The notes under the pieces are model-generated. The model saw only the letters and a program-made list of their open reading frames with translations, ran no database searches and was not told where the DNA came from. Positions 10,445-20,545 of a stretch of 64,000 nucleotides of DNA are shown piece by piece. The position numbers were made by a program, and so were the translations under genes. The stretch is taken from the IMG/VR virus record IMGVR_UViG_3300018492_000150, positions 49,640 to 113,639 of that record, one strand, 5' to 3'. Source of the stretch: a virus (lineage: Duplodnaviria; Caudoviricetes). Position 1 is the stretch's first letter, and the number at the start of each line of letters is the position of its first letter.

Positions 10445-13400
10445 CTATAATGCTTTCTTTTTATGCATATATAATGTAAGAGTTGTAGACGAATTTATAA
10501 TTGTATCAATATTACCAAGAACTTCCCAAGTTCCTCCGCATGTAGATGAGAAGAATGTCGCACTTGAACTTGTAGTCCATAATACTGTTCCGACAGGGAA
10601 ATCTACTTTCTTAGCACTATTAGCAGGACCTCCTGCAGAAGAAGAACCTGCATAATTGTGGGTATGGCTTGTCGGAGCATACCCAGAATGAGAGTGAGAT
10701 TTTGCCGCGGCACCTATAGCTGCAGGAGTAATGTTAACCTCTTTAGCAGCAGAACCATCATAAGTTGCTGCTGTAGTACCATTTGTCTTAACTGTCAAAG
10801 CATATGGATTCTTAAGCGATGTAGGTAATCCAGTAATTTGACTTGCTGGATGTGTATGGCTAGAAGCTGCATAATTGTGGGTGTGTGAAGCAGCAGCAGC
10901 ACCAATTTCTGACGGAGTTGGTTTATTTACTGAGCTATATATTTCACTCCAACTATTGAAAGATGTGCCATTATGAAATCTATAATATATAATATTATCA
11001 CTTCCATGAAGTTTTTGTGCAATATTACCACCAGCTATTCTATACACTTCTAGACCAAAGTGTTCTACCGATGATGGTTTATTTTTTACAGTATTACCAC
11101 CAGCAGCAAAATAATTTCCTGGAGTAAGCAAACTGTTCAAATCTTCTGAAGTTAATTGCTTAGAGTAACTATTTGGGATTTCTATATTCTTAGTTCCGTC
11201 GAATGAAATTCCATTAATAGTTCTAGCTGTTGCTAATTTTATTGCACTATTCGCAGACCCTCCTGCTGATCCAGACCCTGCATAGTTATGAGTATGGCTT
11301 GTTGGAGCATATCCAGAGTGAGAGTGGGATGCTGCAGCAGCACCTATAGCTGCAGGAGTAATATTTACTGTCTTCGCAGACCCTCCGTTAAAAGTAAATT
11401 TATTAGTATCTTCAGTTGTACCGCCATTAAATTGCATGGTAAGTGCATATGGACTTACCTGTGCTGTTGGAATATTTACTGTTACTGCCCCCGAACCATC
11501 ATATGTAGCTGTAGCAGCTCCAGTAAACTTAAGAGCATATGGGTTAGACAGCTTAGTAGGAATCCCTGTAATTTGACTTGCTGGATGAGTGTGACTAGCC
11601 GCAGCTTTACCGTTTAATTGTGTTTGAACTGCACTTGTAACACCTTTCATATAGTTCAATTCAGTTGCTGAAGCAGTTACTCCTAATGCTGATAATGTTA
11701 ATGATATAGGCTGCCAAGTCCCATCTCCTCTAAGATACTTGTTATTTTCTCCAACTCCTGGAGTTGGAACAAAACCAGTACCTCCTGCAGCTGAAGTAGT
11801 TGCTCCTTTAAATGTACTATGTCCATGACTAGCAGCTGCAGCTCCTACAGATGATGCCGTAATATTAACTTCTTTAGATACAGAACCGTCATATACTGCA
11901 GCTGATGTTCCATTTGTCTTAACTGTCAAAGCATATGGATTCTTAAGCGATGTTGGAAGTCCTGTAATTTGACTTGCTGCATGAGTATGGCTAGCAGCTG
12001 CAGCTCCTATTAACGCAGGTGTTATATTAACATTCTTAGCTACTGATCCGTTAAAAGTAAATTTATTAGTATCTTCAGTTGTACCGCCATTAAATTGCAT
12101 GGTAAGTGCATATGGACTTGCCTGTGCTGTTGGAATATTTACAGTAACAGCTCCAGACCCATCATATGTAGCTGTAGCAGCTCCAGTAAACTTAAGAGCT
12201 TGAGGATTAGGTAATTTAGTAGGTAATCCAGTAATTTGACTTGCTGGATGTGTATGGCTAGAAGGCGCTGCTCCTATTTCTGCAGCTGTAGGTTTGGCAG
12301 CTGCACTATATACTTTCTGCCAAGCCCCAAATGAAGCATTATCACGAACTCGATAATATATGATATTATTATTTCCATGTAATTTTTGTGCAATAGGCCC
12401 ACTAGCTATTCTATACACTTCTAGACCAAAGTAGTCTACCGATGATGGTTTATTTTTTACAGTATTACCGCCAGCACCAAAATAATTTCCAGGTGTAAGC
12501 AATTCATTAAGATCTTCTGAAGTTAATTGCTTAGAGTAATTATTTGGAATGTCTATATTCTTAGTACCATCAAATGAAATTCCATTAATAGTTCTAGCTG
12601 TAGCTAATTTTACTGCACTATTGGCTGATCCTCCAGCTGATCCTGAGCCAGCATAATTATGAGTATGGCTTGATGATGCTTTACCATTTAATTGTGTTTG
12701 AACTGCACTTGTAACACCTTTCATATAATTTAGTTCAGTTGCTGAAGCAGTTACTCCTAATGCTGATAATGAAAGTGGAACTACTTGCCATGTCCCATCC
12801 CCTCTTAAGAATTTACTTTGTTCTCCTATTGCAGGTGCAGGAACAAATCCAGTACCACCAGCTGCTGAAGCAGATGCCCCTTTAAATACACTATGGCTAT
12901 GACCAGATGTAGCAGCTCCAATTGAAGATGGTGTTATATTAACTTCTTTAGCAGCAGATCCATCATAAGTTGCTGCAGTTGCACCATTAGTTTTAATACT
13001 AAGGGAATATGGATTTTTTAATGATGTAGGCAATCCAGTAATTTGAGATGATGGATGTGTATGAGATGAAGCTGCAGCTCCAATTGAAGCTGGTGTTATA
13101 TTAACTTCTTTAGCAGCAGAACCGTCAAATGTAAATTTATTGGTACCTTCAGTAACGCCACCATTAAGTTGTAATGTGAGCTGTGAATTTGTTTTTGAGG
13201 TCGTAGGAATATTTACAGTAACAGCTCCAGACCCATCATATGTAGCTGTAGCAGCTCCAGTAAACTTAAGAGCTTGAGGATTAGGTAATTTAGTAGGTAA
13301 TCCAGTAATATCAGAAGCAGCAATTTTTTGCCAAGATTCTGATCCTGCAGTAGCACCTGCTTTTAAGAATTTACCAGAATTGGTTGTTCCTGTAGCAGGA

Positions 13401-13657
13401 ACATGATGGTTACCATCTCCAGTAGGATGCTTATAAGGAGCTCCTGTTGTGAGAGGATCCCATTTAGAACCAGTATATACATAACTTGTACTGTTTTCTT
13501 TTACAAATACTCTTAAACCTGCGGTAGCGGCTTTAAGAGTAACGAGTCTATCTCTTTCGGCAATTGTTTCTACTTGTTGCCGCACATCTAATAACGCTTC
13601 AGCTTGAAGCTTAAAAGGTGATGCAACAACAATGCCTTTTTTATCTTCGAATGCCAT
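10445..13657 (-). CDS. Tail fibre protein with internal repeats
   Basis: Repeated HTH/HSH motifs (SHTHPASQITGL), KLATARTINGISFDG and YDGS repeats, two knob-like domains, C-terminal FPVGTV...GGTW; start 13657 after AGGAGG. Confidence 0.9.
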   Translation of the reverse strand: MAFEDKKGIVVASPFKLQAEALLDVRQQVETIAERDRLVTLKAATAGLRVFVKENSTSYVYTGSKWDPLTTGAPYKHPTGDGNHHVPATGTTNSGKFLKAGATAGSESWQKIAASDITGLPTKLPNPQALKFTGAATATYDGSGAVTVNIPTTSKTNSQLTLQLNGGVTEGTNKFTFDGSAAKEVNITPASIGAAASSHTHPSSQITGLPTSLKNPYSLSIKTNGATAATYDGSAAKEVNITPSSIGAATSGHSHSVFKGASASAAGGTGFVPAPAIGEQSKFLRGDGTWQVVPLSLSALGVTASATELNYMKGVTSAVQTQLNGKASSSHTHNYAGSGSAGGSANSAVKLATARTINGISFDGTKNIDIPNNYSKQLTSEDLNELLTPGNYFGAGGNTVKNKPSSVDYFGLEVYRIASGPIAQKLHGNNNIIYYRVRDNASFGAWQKVYSAAAKPTAAEIGAAPSSHTHPASQITGLPTKLPNPQALKFTGAATATYDGSGAVTVNIPTAQASPYALTMQFNGGTTEDTNKFTFNGSVAKNVNITPALIGAAAASHTHAASQITGLPTSLKNPYALTVKTNGTSAAVYDGSVSKEVNITASSVGAAAASHGHSTFKGATTSAAGGTGFVPTPGVGENNKYLRGDGTWQPISLTLSALGVTASATELNYMKGVTSAVQTQLNGKAAASHTHPASQITGIPTKLSNPYALKFTGAATATYDGSGAVTVNIPTAQVSPYALTMQFNGGTTEDTNKFTFNGGSAKTVNITPAAIGAAAASHSHSGYAPTSHTHNYAGSGSAGGSANSAIKLATARTINGISFDGTKNIEIPNSYSKQLTSEDLNSLLTPGNYFAAGGNTVKNKPSSVEHFGLEVYRIAGGNIAQKLHGSDNIIYYRFHNGTSFNSWSEIYSSVNKPTPSEIGAAAASHTHNYAASSHTHPASQITGLPTSLKNPYALTVKTNGTTAATYDGSAAKEVNITPAAIGAAAKSHSHSGYAPTSHTHNYAGSSSAGGPANSAKKVDFPVGTVLWTTSSSATFFSSTCGGTWEVLGNIDTIINSSTTLTLYMHKKKAL
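12132..13309. repeat. 104-bp identical direct repeat within tail fibre (12132-12235 and 13206-13309)
   Basis: Direct comparison of the two stretches; many further near-identical modules in the gene. Confidence 0.85.
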
Positions 13658-13668
13658 TTTTTCGCCTC

Positions 13669-14649
13669 CTACCATTGAAATTTATTATTAAAATTGGTTA
13701 CTGTAGACTTATCACTAACGTAAACATAATAATCTACAGTAGAGCCATCTAGACATTGAATTGGTACGGTATATATTGTAAATGTGCTAGTTACATTGAA
13801 ATTGTTCTGGTCGTAAATAGCACTTAAAGTACCGTATGATTTTGGATAAGCAAAAACAAAACGTTGGTTATTTGCAGTAAATGAATAGGTCTTAGTTCCT
13901 TTACTTTCAATATGTTTTGTCAAAGCTTTAATTTCTTCTTGTGTTGGAATTGTATCTGTTGATAAACTTCCATGATATATAGGATGAACAAAGGTAAATG
14001 TACCTGTGTTTTTTGATACAACTGCTCCTGTGTCATCATATACTTTAGCAGTAAAATATTTATTGGTTCTAACTGCTATATTCAAAACAAAATCAAAAGT
14101 TCCACCTTTAGAAACTCCATCTGTTTTAGTAGCAATAATATTAGAACCTTCTACAATATCAATCTTTGTAAGATTATTTGATTTAATTGTAGCATTAACT
14201 CTTATCTTAGTCACAGATACCAATGTACCCATCTCATAAGTTCCTCCATTTCCAGGAGTTAAAACTTGAGCAGATACAGTTGGAGAGACGTATGGATATA
14301 ATATCATATCAAACATTTCTTGAAGAGTTTTATTATTAAATGTAGTACCAATAGGTATACCACCATGCTCTACATAAGTAGGTATATTTTTATTATACCG
14401 TGAACCTAAAGACCAGTTATTTTTCTCTTCTTCAGTAACAAACTGATGGTCTTTATCAGTTATAATTTCTCTTGCGGTATGTGTATGATTTTTATCAGCT
14501 TTACCGTTGATAGCATCTTCTACATTTGTACCGTCATCCATTATAACAGTCTTAGCCTTAGTTCTATAATATAAAGGCGTATCATCTTGAGGTTCACCAG
14601 TAGAAGGGTCTTCTCCGGGATTATCAATCCTTTCTAATTCTTCTGACAT
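13669..14649 (-). CDS. Tail or baseplate-associated structural protein
   Basis: GKADKNHTH motif, beta-rich; overlaps the RBS of the fibre gene. Confidence 0.6.
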   Translation of the reverse strand: MSEELERIDNPGEDPSTGEPQDDTPLYYRTKAKTVIMDDGTNVEDAINGKADKNHTHTAREIITDKDHQFVTEEEKNNWSLGSRYNKNIPTYVEHGGIPIGTTFNNKTLQEMFDMILYPYVSPTVSAQVLTPGNGGTYEMGTLVSVTKIRVNATIKSNNLTKIDIVEGSNIIATKTDGVSKGGTFDFVLNIAVRTNKYFTAKVYDDTGAVVSKNTGTFTFVHPIYHGSLSTDTIPTQEEIKALTKHIESKGTKTYSFTANNQRFVFAYPKSYGTLSAIYDQNNFNVTSTFTIYTVPIQCLDGSTVDYYVYVSDKSTVTNFNNKFQW

Positions 14650-14662
14650 GTATGTCACCTCC

Positions 14663-15544
14663 TTATTCTATTCTTATCCATGTATAGTAATCAACGACAC
14701 GTTTGCCGTCTTTATCCATACTAGCTCCAGTACCAGCAAATTTCCAAGTACCAGGAAACCATTTATTTGGATTAAATTCTCTATCATGAGATTCATATAT
14801 AGTTCCAACTGGATGAATGTATCTAGCAACCATAGGATCGCCTTTATACGGTTCATCAAAGTTTGGTGGAAATTCATGAATATGATGATAATAGTCAATG
14901 TATAACATGATTTGATCATACATTTTATCTGTATATTCATGATTTTCTTTGTTTATATCATCTATTTTTTGGTCTAATCTGTCTATTTCATTTTTTACAT
15001 AAGTCTTGAAATTAGCAAGATATGTTTGTAAATCTGAAATATCGCTCTTATTAGTTTCATTATCTTTTTCTAATACAGTAATTCGCTTTTCATGATCTTT
15101 TGAAATTTTCTCTTCTTCCGTAATTCGCTTTTCATGATCAGCTACTATATTTTGAAGTTCTGATACATCAGAATCTAAACCATCTAGACGTTTAAATATT
15201 TCTATAATGTCATTTTGAGCGTCAACAAGATCTTCTTGTATTCGTCCAACTTGTTGTTTTGTTCGTTCATGATCTTCAAACAAGTTATTTAATCTTGCTT
15301 CCAACTCTTCATCTTTATTGATCACATCTTTAAGGTGATCTTCTATATATTTTCGTATCTCAGCAAACTCTTTCTCCATTTGATCTATAATAGCTTGAAG
15401 TTTTTCGTCTGAACTAAAAAATAATTGTAATTGCTCTACTGTTATTTGTTTGGTGTCAGATGTATCTTCAATAACCATTATGTCGGTAGGATTGATCTCA
15501 GAGTATTGCTTTTTTGGAAGTTCTTTGATCTTAATAGTAGGCAA
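14663..15544 (-). CDS. Coiled-coil baseplate or fibre protein with gp10-like C-terminus
   Basis: TTG start 15544 after AAAGGAGG; long heptad region; HPVGTIYES...NPNKWFPGTW; late promoter at 15571-15582. Confidence 0.65.
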   Translation of the reverse strand: MPTIKIKELPKKQYSEINPTDIMVIEDTSDTKQITVEQLQLFFSSDEKLQAIIDQMEKEFAEIRKYIEDHLKDVINKDEELEARLNNLFEDHERTKQQVGRIQEDLVDAQNDIIEIFKRLDGLDSDVSELQNIVADHEKRITEEEKISKDHEKRITVLEKDNETNKSDISDLQTYLANFKTYVKNEIDRLDQKIDDINKENHEYTDKMYDQIMLYIDYYHHIHEFPPNFDEPYKGDPMVARYIHPVGTIYESHDREFNPNKWFPGTWKFAGTGASMDKDGKRVVDYYTWIRIE

Positions 15545-15629
15545 ACAAGTCTCCTCCTTTCCTATTAATTTAATATGATGTTTTTCGATACAGTCTATTA
15601 TCAAAAAAATATAGAGGATAGCCAAACGG

Positions 15630-16607
15630 CTATCCTCTATTGATTTTTCTTTGTATTTGAACTTTCTGATGTTCTATAACTTCATGATATAATGTTTGTG
15701 GAGGTAAATCTCCATGAGGTGCATATATAAACCAAGTTCCATCATTCTTCTCATGATCCTTTACAGTAAACCAGTCATCCCAGAATACTTTTAATCCACT
15801 TTCATATATAGAGAAGTTATAAATAGCGTCATATTTTTGTATATCTATAACCTGATTTATAGGTACACTTACAATTTCAGCTTCCATATTATCGCTGACA
15901 TCAAGAACCAGATGGATGTTTCGTTCTAATAATTTAGAAGTATCAGATCTTTCACATTCAACCTCTTCCATCACAGTTCCAAATGGACTTGTAACAGGTC
16001 TAAGTTTCTTTCCATTTTCTGATATAGGAGCATCTGTTTTAGCTACAGTTAATAATCTTCCTCTATAAATGTGATATTTCCAACCATCATAAGTTGCTAT
16101 AGACATCATATGTCCAGATATAACTTCTTTGACAATTAATTTAGTACGTATCTTCTTATCTTTAAAATAAGGTTTTACATACGAAATATCAAAAGCCCTT
16201 TTCTCGACAGCTTGTAATACCAATCCTGTATATGAACTAACACTTTTATCTATAAAGCGCTCTCTGTCATCTGGTGTATAGCTAATCATAGGGTTTTTGA
16301 TGTGTTTGAGTTGCTCTAATTCTTCAGGTATAAACTGAAAATCTTTTCCATCCTCATCAATAGTAGGATATTCTGGTTCAGGTGGATCCGGAGGAAATTT
16401 AATATCTAAATTCTCTTCAGATGGATTTCTAAACCTATCATCTGGGTATATAGGGTGAGGATAATATACATCACTTATAAAATCATTTCCGGGTTTATGA
16501 TTTATAGGTGGAGCGCCATGGATATATAGTCCATGGCGTTTTAATATTATCTCTGCTGCTTTCGAATAATCAAAGCCAGGTATTGAGTCTATATGATGAT
16601 CTGCCAT
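15630..16607 (-). CDS. Hypothetical protein with Pro-rich N-terminus
   Basis: 325-aa ORF with AAAGGAG RBS. Confidence 0.7.
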   Translation of the reverse strand: MADHHIDSIPGFDYSKAAEIILKRHGLYIHGAPPINHKPGNDFISDVYYPHPIYPDDRFRNPSEENLDIKFPPDPPEPEYPTIDEDGKDFQFIPEELEQLKHIKNPMISYTPDDRERFIDKSVSSYTGLVLQAVEKRAFDISYVKPYFKDKKIRTKLIVKEVISGHMMSIATYDGWKYHIYRGRLLTVAKTDAPISENGKKLRPVTSPFGTVMEEVECERSDTSKLLERNIHLVLDVSDNMEAEIVSVPINQVIDIQKYDAIYNFSIYESGLKVFWDDWFTVKDHEKNDGTWFIYAPHGDLPPQTLYHEVIEHQKVQIQRKINRG

Positions 16608-16627
16608 TAATAATCACTCCTTTGAGT

Positions 16628-17899
16628 TTATTTACCAGCACGTCTGTTGTTAATTTCTTCCAAAAACATGTTGATATTATTAATGAGTTGATCATGAAAT
16701 TCTACATCTTTCTCATTATTCTTATCATAATAATCCAATGTAAGAATATTCTGAATAAAATAATACATGAATGTGTGATCTACTATATTATTCGGATCCA
16801 TATTCTTCATCTGAGTGTATAAGATAAATACACAGATGAATTCGTTGATTACTATCATATCAAACTTCTTAGCAGCATGTCTATCAAGAGCTCTTTCTAT
16901 AAGCTGCACATCCTGAATAATATTCTGACTTTTCTGGTATTTTACATTAAACTCCATGCAAGTTCTTTTAAACTTCTCAAGCATAATCTTTTTAACTTTA
17001 ATCTTATGCTTAGCGTAAAGTTCACGCATCTCTTTAAATGTATAAGATTCAATAAATGCATCTCTAATAGCAGTGCATTTCTCTGCTTTATCTTTTTCCC
17101 CTTTAGCTGCAAATTCTTCTGCAATTTTAGGAAGTTTATCCATGAAATAAGATTTAATATCACTCCAATATTTATCTTCTTTCATTTCTTTAACACCCTT
17201 ATCCATTGCTTTTCTGATATTCCTCTGATAATCATATGTAGCAATATTCATAACTTCGGAAGAAACAATTTCCTGTAATAAAGTAGATGCCATATAATTT
17301 CTTCCTTCTTTTACAAAGTTACCCATCTTAGAACTCATTTCTGCACCGATAGAAGAATTGATCTGGGTCTTAATAATCTCTGGCATAGCCGTATAATAAG
17401 AGAATTTCTCTCCTTTTTTAAATCTTTCTGCTGCAGTTCTGATCATCTCAAAATCTTTAATAGACAGTGTAGTATTTGCAAACATTGCGTTAGTGATATC
17501 TTTGACAGTCTCATCTTTGATTTCAACCTTTTCGATATCAATATCATCAACTTCAATAGAATCATCCTCAAGCATTTCTTCGAAACTCTGAAGTTCATCT
17601 TCATCCTGCTCATATTCTTCTGCCATTACCGGTCTTCCTGTCACAGGATTAATAATAACAGATGCTATTGCTTCTTGCCCTTTGTGATCCTCGGCTGCTA
17701 ATTTTTTAGCTTCTTCCATCATCTTTGCAGACGGAAAGTCTTTTGCGCTATCTTCAATAATATCATTAAGCTGCTCAATTTGATCATCTGTAAGATCTAA
17801 ACCTGCATCTTCTTTTTTTACTTCACCTTGTAATTTACCATCTTTAGCTAATTCATCTACCGCTTTAATCATTTTGTCATATTGTTCATTTACGTTCAT
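16628..17899 (-). CDS. Hypothetical acidic helical protein
   Basis: 423-aa ORF with AAAGGAG RBS. Confidence 0.75.
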   Translation of the reverse strand: MNVNEQYDKMIKAVDELAKDGKLQGEVKKEDAGLDLTDDQIEQLNDIIEDSAKDFPSAKMMEEAKKLAAEDHKGQEAIASVIINPVTGRPVMAEEYEQDEDELQSFEEMLEDDSIEVDDIDIEKVEIKDETVKDITNAMFANTTLSIKDFEMIRTAAERFKKGEKFSYYTAMPEIIKTQINSSIGAEMSSKMGNFVKEGRNYMASTLLQEIVSSEVMNIATYDYQRNIRKAMDKGVKEMKEDKYWSDIKSYFMDKLPKIAEEFAAKGEKDKAEKCTAIRDAFIESYTFKEMRELYAKHKIKVKKIMLEKFKRTCMEFNVKYQKSQNIIQDVQLIERALDRHAAKKFDMIVINEFICVFILYTQMKNMDPNNIVDHTFMYYFIQNILTLDYYDKNNEKDVEFHDQLINNINMFLEEINNRRAGK

Positions 17900-17918
17900 A
17901 ATTATTCTCCTTTTATAT

Positions 17919-18497
17919 TTATTTATAATAAATCTCTACAAAATATTGATATACAAATCTCACTAATGAGCTGATTCTACAATCATCACCGAATCCATAT
18001 TTATCGACAATATCTTTAATAGTAGACTTGTATGTCTTATCTACACCATATTTCATAGATGATATAATATCCTGATGATCTATAGCAAGCTGTAAATCCT
18101 CTATAGAATCTTTTGAATTTGAAAGCAATTTCAGATATTCTTCATACTGAGGATTGTAATATAGTTTATCTATACAAGCAAGCATTAATAAATCCTCATT
18201 TAAAGATTCAAATGAAGTTGTATCATGAATAGCTCCTTTGTAAAGATTTCTAGGTCTACGTCTATCCCCCTCGTCTTCAATAGATATAGAATATTTAAAA
18301 CTGCAATATCCGACAGGATATAATTCCTGACCACAATAAGATTGGATAAAGTATTTATTTAATAATACAGCCAAAACCACGAAAGGCTCCTCTGCTACAT
18401 ATCCGATATTTTTTACAGTCTTATGAATACCATCTACATTTTCTACTAAGTTTATAGATGTAAGTCTTTGAATTCCGTTAGTTGATTCAATAACCAT
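17919..18497 (-). CDS. Hypothetical protein
   Basis: 192-aa ORF, AGGAGG RBS, operon context. Confidence 0.7.
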   Translation of the reverse strand: MVIESTNGIQRLTSINLVENVDGIHKTVKNIGYVAEEPFVVLAVLLNKYFIQSYCGQELYPVGYCSFKYSISIEDEGDRRRPRNLYKGAIHDTTSFESLNEDLLMLACIDKLYYNPQYEEYLKLLSNSKDSIEDLQLAIDHQDIISSMKYGVDKTYKSTIKDIVDKYGFGDDCRISSLVRFVYQYFVEIYYK

Positions 18498-18509
18498 AAT
18501 ACAACCTCC

Positions 18510-19265
18510 TTATACAAGATCTGTAAATTCAACACTAGCTAAACCTTGCAATGCAAATTTAACTTGCGTTGTCAGTTCGGCGTAGTGTTGATTAAAATAA
18601 TTTACTATTTGTCGCTTAAAGAAATCTCCATTATCTAATAATATAGACTGAAGATACTTAGCAACTTGTCTATTTGGAATATATGCAAGATCGATATATG
18701 TATCAAACGGAACATCGTATGCACATATATTTTGCAGAACAAATTCTAAATTAGCATGAATAATAGCTAATTTAGAGTTACCGTTTTTATATAATTTCTT
18801 GCTGTATGACGAGGCATCTTTTTTCTTTGATGCTAATTCTAAAGTTTCATAAATCATATTCTTTTCTCGGTTAATATAATTTACAAAGAAATTAGTAATA
18901 TAAATATTGAATCTTGCTACTAAGAAATCATAGATCCACGTAGCAGCTGAATAGATATCATCATTTTCATTACCAATATATGTAAGGTTATGAGCCTTAC
19001 ATACCATATCGATTACTTGACGATAAATATCACATCTTTGAGAATTGATCTCTGAACTGAATTCAGGAATACCTGATAACGATACTTTATAATTTTGCTC
19101 AATAACTTCTACAATATTAGTCATTGACATTGAATAGTTTCTATATTTATTATTCAATGCATCTTCTACTAGATCTTCTATCATTTCTGGTGTAAATCTG
19201 CATACTATACTAGCAGCTTCATTAGCAGATATGATAGAAAAATCTGAATTTTGTGATAAATTCAT
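18510..19265 (-). CDS. Hypothetical protein
   Basis: 251-aa ORF, AGGAG RBS. Confidence 0.7.
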   Translation of the reverse strand: MNLSQNSDFSIISANEAASIVCRFTPEMIEDLVEDALNNKYRNYSMSMTNIVEVIEQNYKVSLSGIPEFSSEINSQRCDIYRQVIDMVCKAHNLTYIGNENDDIYSAATWIYDFLVARFNIYITNFFVNYINREKNMIYETLELASKKKDASSYSKKLYKNGNSKLAIIHANLEFVLQNICAYDVPFDTYIDLAYIPNRQVAKYLQSILLDNGDFFKRQIVNYFNQHYAELTTQVKFALQGLASVEFTDLV

Positions 19266-19359
19266 TTTATCTTCCTCCTATACTAATAAATTAATAAGTT
19301 GTTTTACCTAAACTTAAAAAGTATATCCAAGAGTATAGTAACTCTTGGATATATCTTGT

Positions 19360-20121
19360 TTACCTTATATTTGTTATAGAATCAAAATCTTCTTGAAGTT
19401 GTGATTTTTTAGGAGCATCTACATAATATGAATCAAAAACACTATTCGGTATAGTATATATACCAGAACTTTCACCATCATCATGAAGATGATTATGCTC
19501 GTACCAAGCTTTCCTAGTTCTAGGATCATTTCTAAGCATTTCATCAGCTCTTCGATTATCTTCATTTTGTTGGTGATTCCACTCTTCATATGATATGGAT
19601 TCACAAGAATCAAAGAATTGTTTCTGCTCTGCAGCAAATTCAGATTCGTCCACTACCATATCTCTAGCTATATTAGTAGTATCCTCTCCAAGTCCCATCT
19701 CTACAGTAATGTCTTCATCTGTAGATATAGTTCCTTTTTGAAGACCAAATCTTTCCATAAGATCTTTACCTTCATACCAAATATATAATGCTAGTAAGTA
19801 TGAGAATATCTGGTCATCGTGAGCATTAGAAGCGTGCTCAATTCTACCATTTTTCTTAACCTCTAACGTACAAAGTTCATTATATATTATAGGTGATATG
19901 AATTTAGCTTTATGATTATCCATTCTATCTCTAAGAATTCCCATCAGTAATTCTCGAGATGCTTTTGTTTCATCAAAACCGTACACTTTAACTTTTTTAG
20001 TTATCTTCTGTATAGACATACCTTGAGCTCTTTCTTCTAACGTACGGTCTTTTATTTCATAATACAGATTACGCTTAATTTTAGTTTTAATGAGCTGTGA
20101 TAATACACTAGCTCCGAAACC
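19360..20121 (-). CDS. Terminase large subunit, exon 2
   Basis: Resumes GFGASVL in frame after NIERN; has nuclease HDDQIFS motif. Confidence 0.85.
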   Translation of the reverse strand, partial: GFGASVLSQLIKTKIKRNLYYEIKDRTLEERAQGMSIQKITKKVKVYGFDETKASRELLMGILRDRMDNHKAKFISPIIYNELCTLEVKKNGRIEHASNAHDDQIFSYLLALYIWYEGKDLMERFGLQKGTISTDEDITVEMGLGEDTTNIARDMVVDESEFAAEQKQFFDSCESISYEEWNHQQNEDNRRADEMLRNDPRTRKAWYEHNHLHDDGESSGIYTIPNSVFDSYYVDAPKKSQLQEDFDSITNIR

Positions 20122-20545
20122 CGAATATTTCAATCTAGTCGCAACTTAGATTGCATGGCCATTTCCATGTCACTTCCATTACAGAACGTGCGTAGATCAT
20201 GTGTCATTCCTAAAAAATAATTTAGGACCAGGATTTTTCTTCCTCCATTAGCTTGAGGTTCTACTCCCTCGTCAAGGGATGATCGTTGAACGTATATCTC
20301 ACCTTCTTTATATTATATATAGTATATATGAGATATTTCGCTGCTACACGTAGGCTTGTTGATAAGAACTTAGGATTTAACCTTATTCTCATCCAGACAA
20401 CTTTTTTCTGCTTTCGCAACCATCACGCTCATCCTTACGGATCACGTTGTGGTGTGTCTGGTTCTTGACCTATAAGTCGTAGCAATTAACTCTGTTGAAA
20501 CTTAACAATTACTCGTTAAGCTGCGATTTGCTGAATAGCTTCGCC
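20122..20545 (-). ncRNA. ORF-less group I intron in terminase (5' boundary 20545 or 20542)
   Basis: Minus strand has TTAATTGCT, ACAACGTGA...GAGCGTGATGGTTGCGAAAGCAGAAAA, GCAGC and GTTCAACGA blocks shared with the other introns; ends in G. Confidence 0.85.

Noticed and set aside
10445-13657. Diversity-generating retroelement acting on the fibre
   Set aside because: No reverse transcriptase in the window; repeats are intragenic and I saw no adenine-specific pattern of differences
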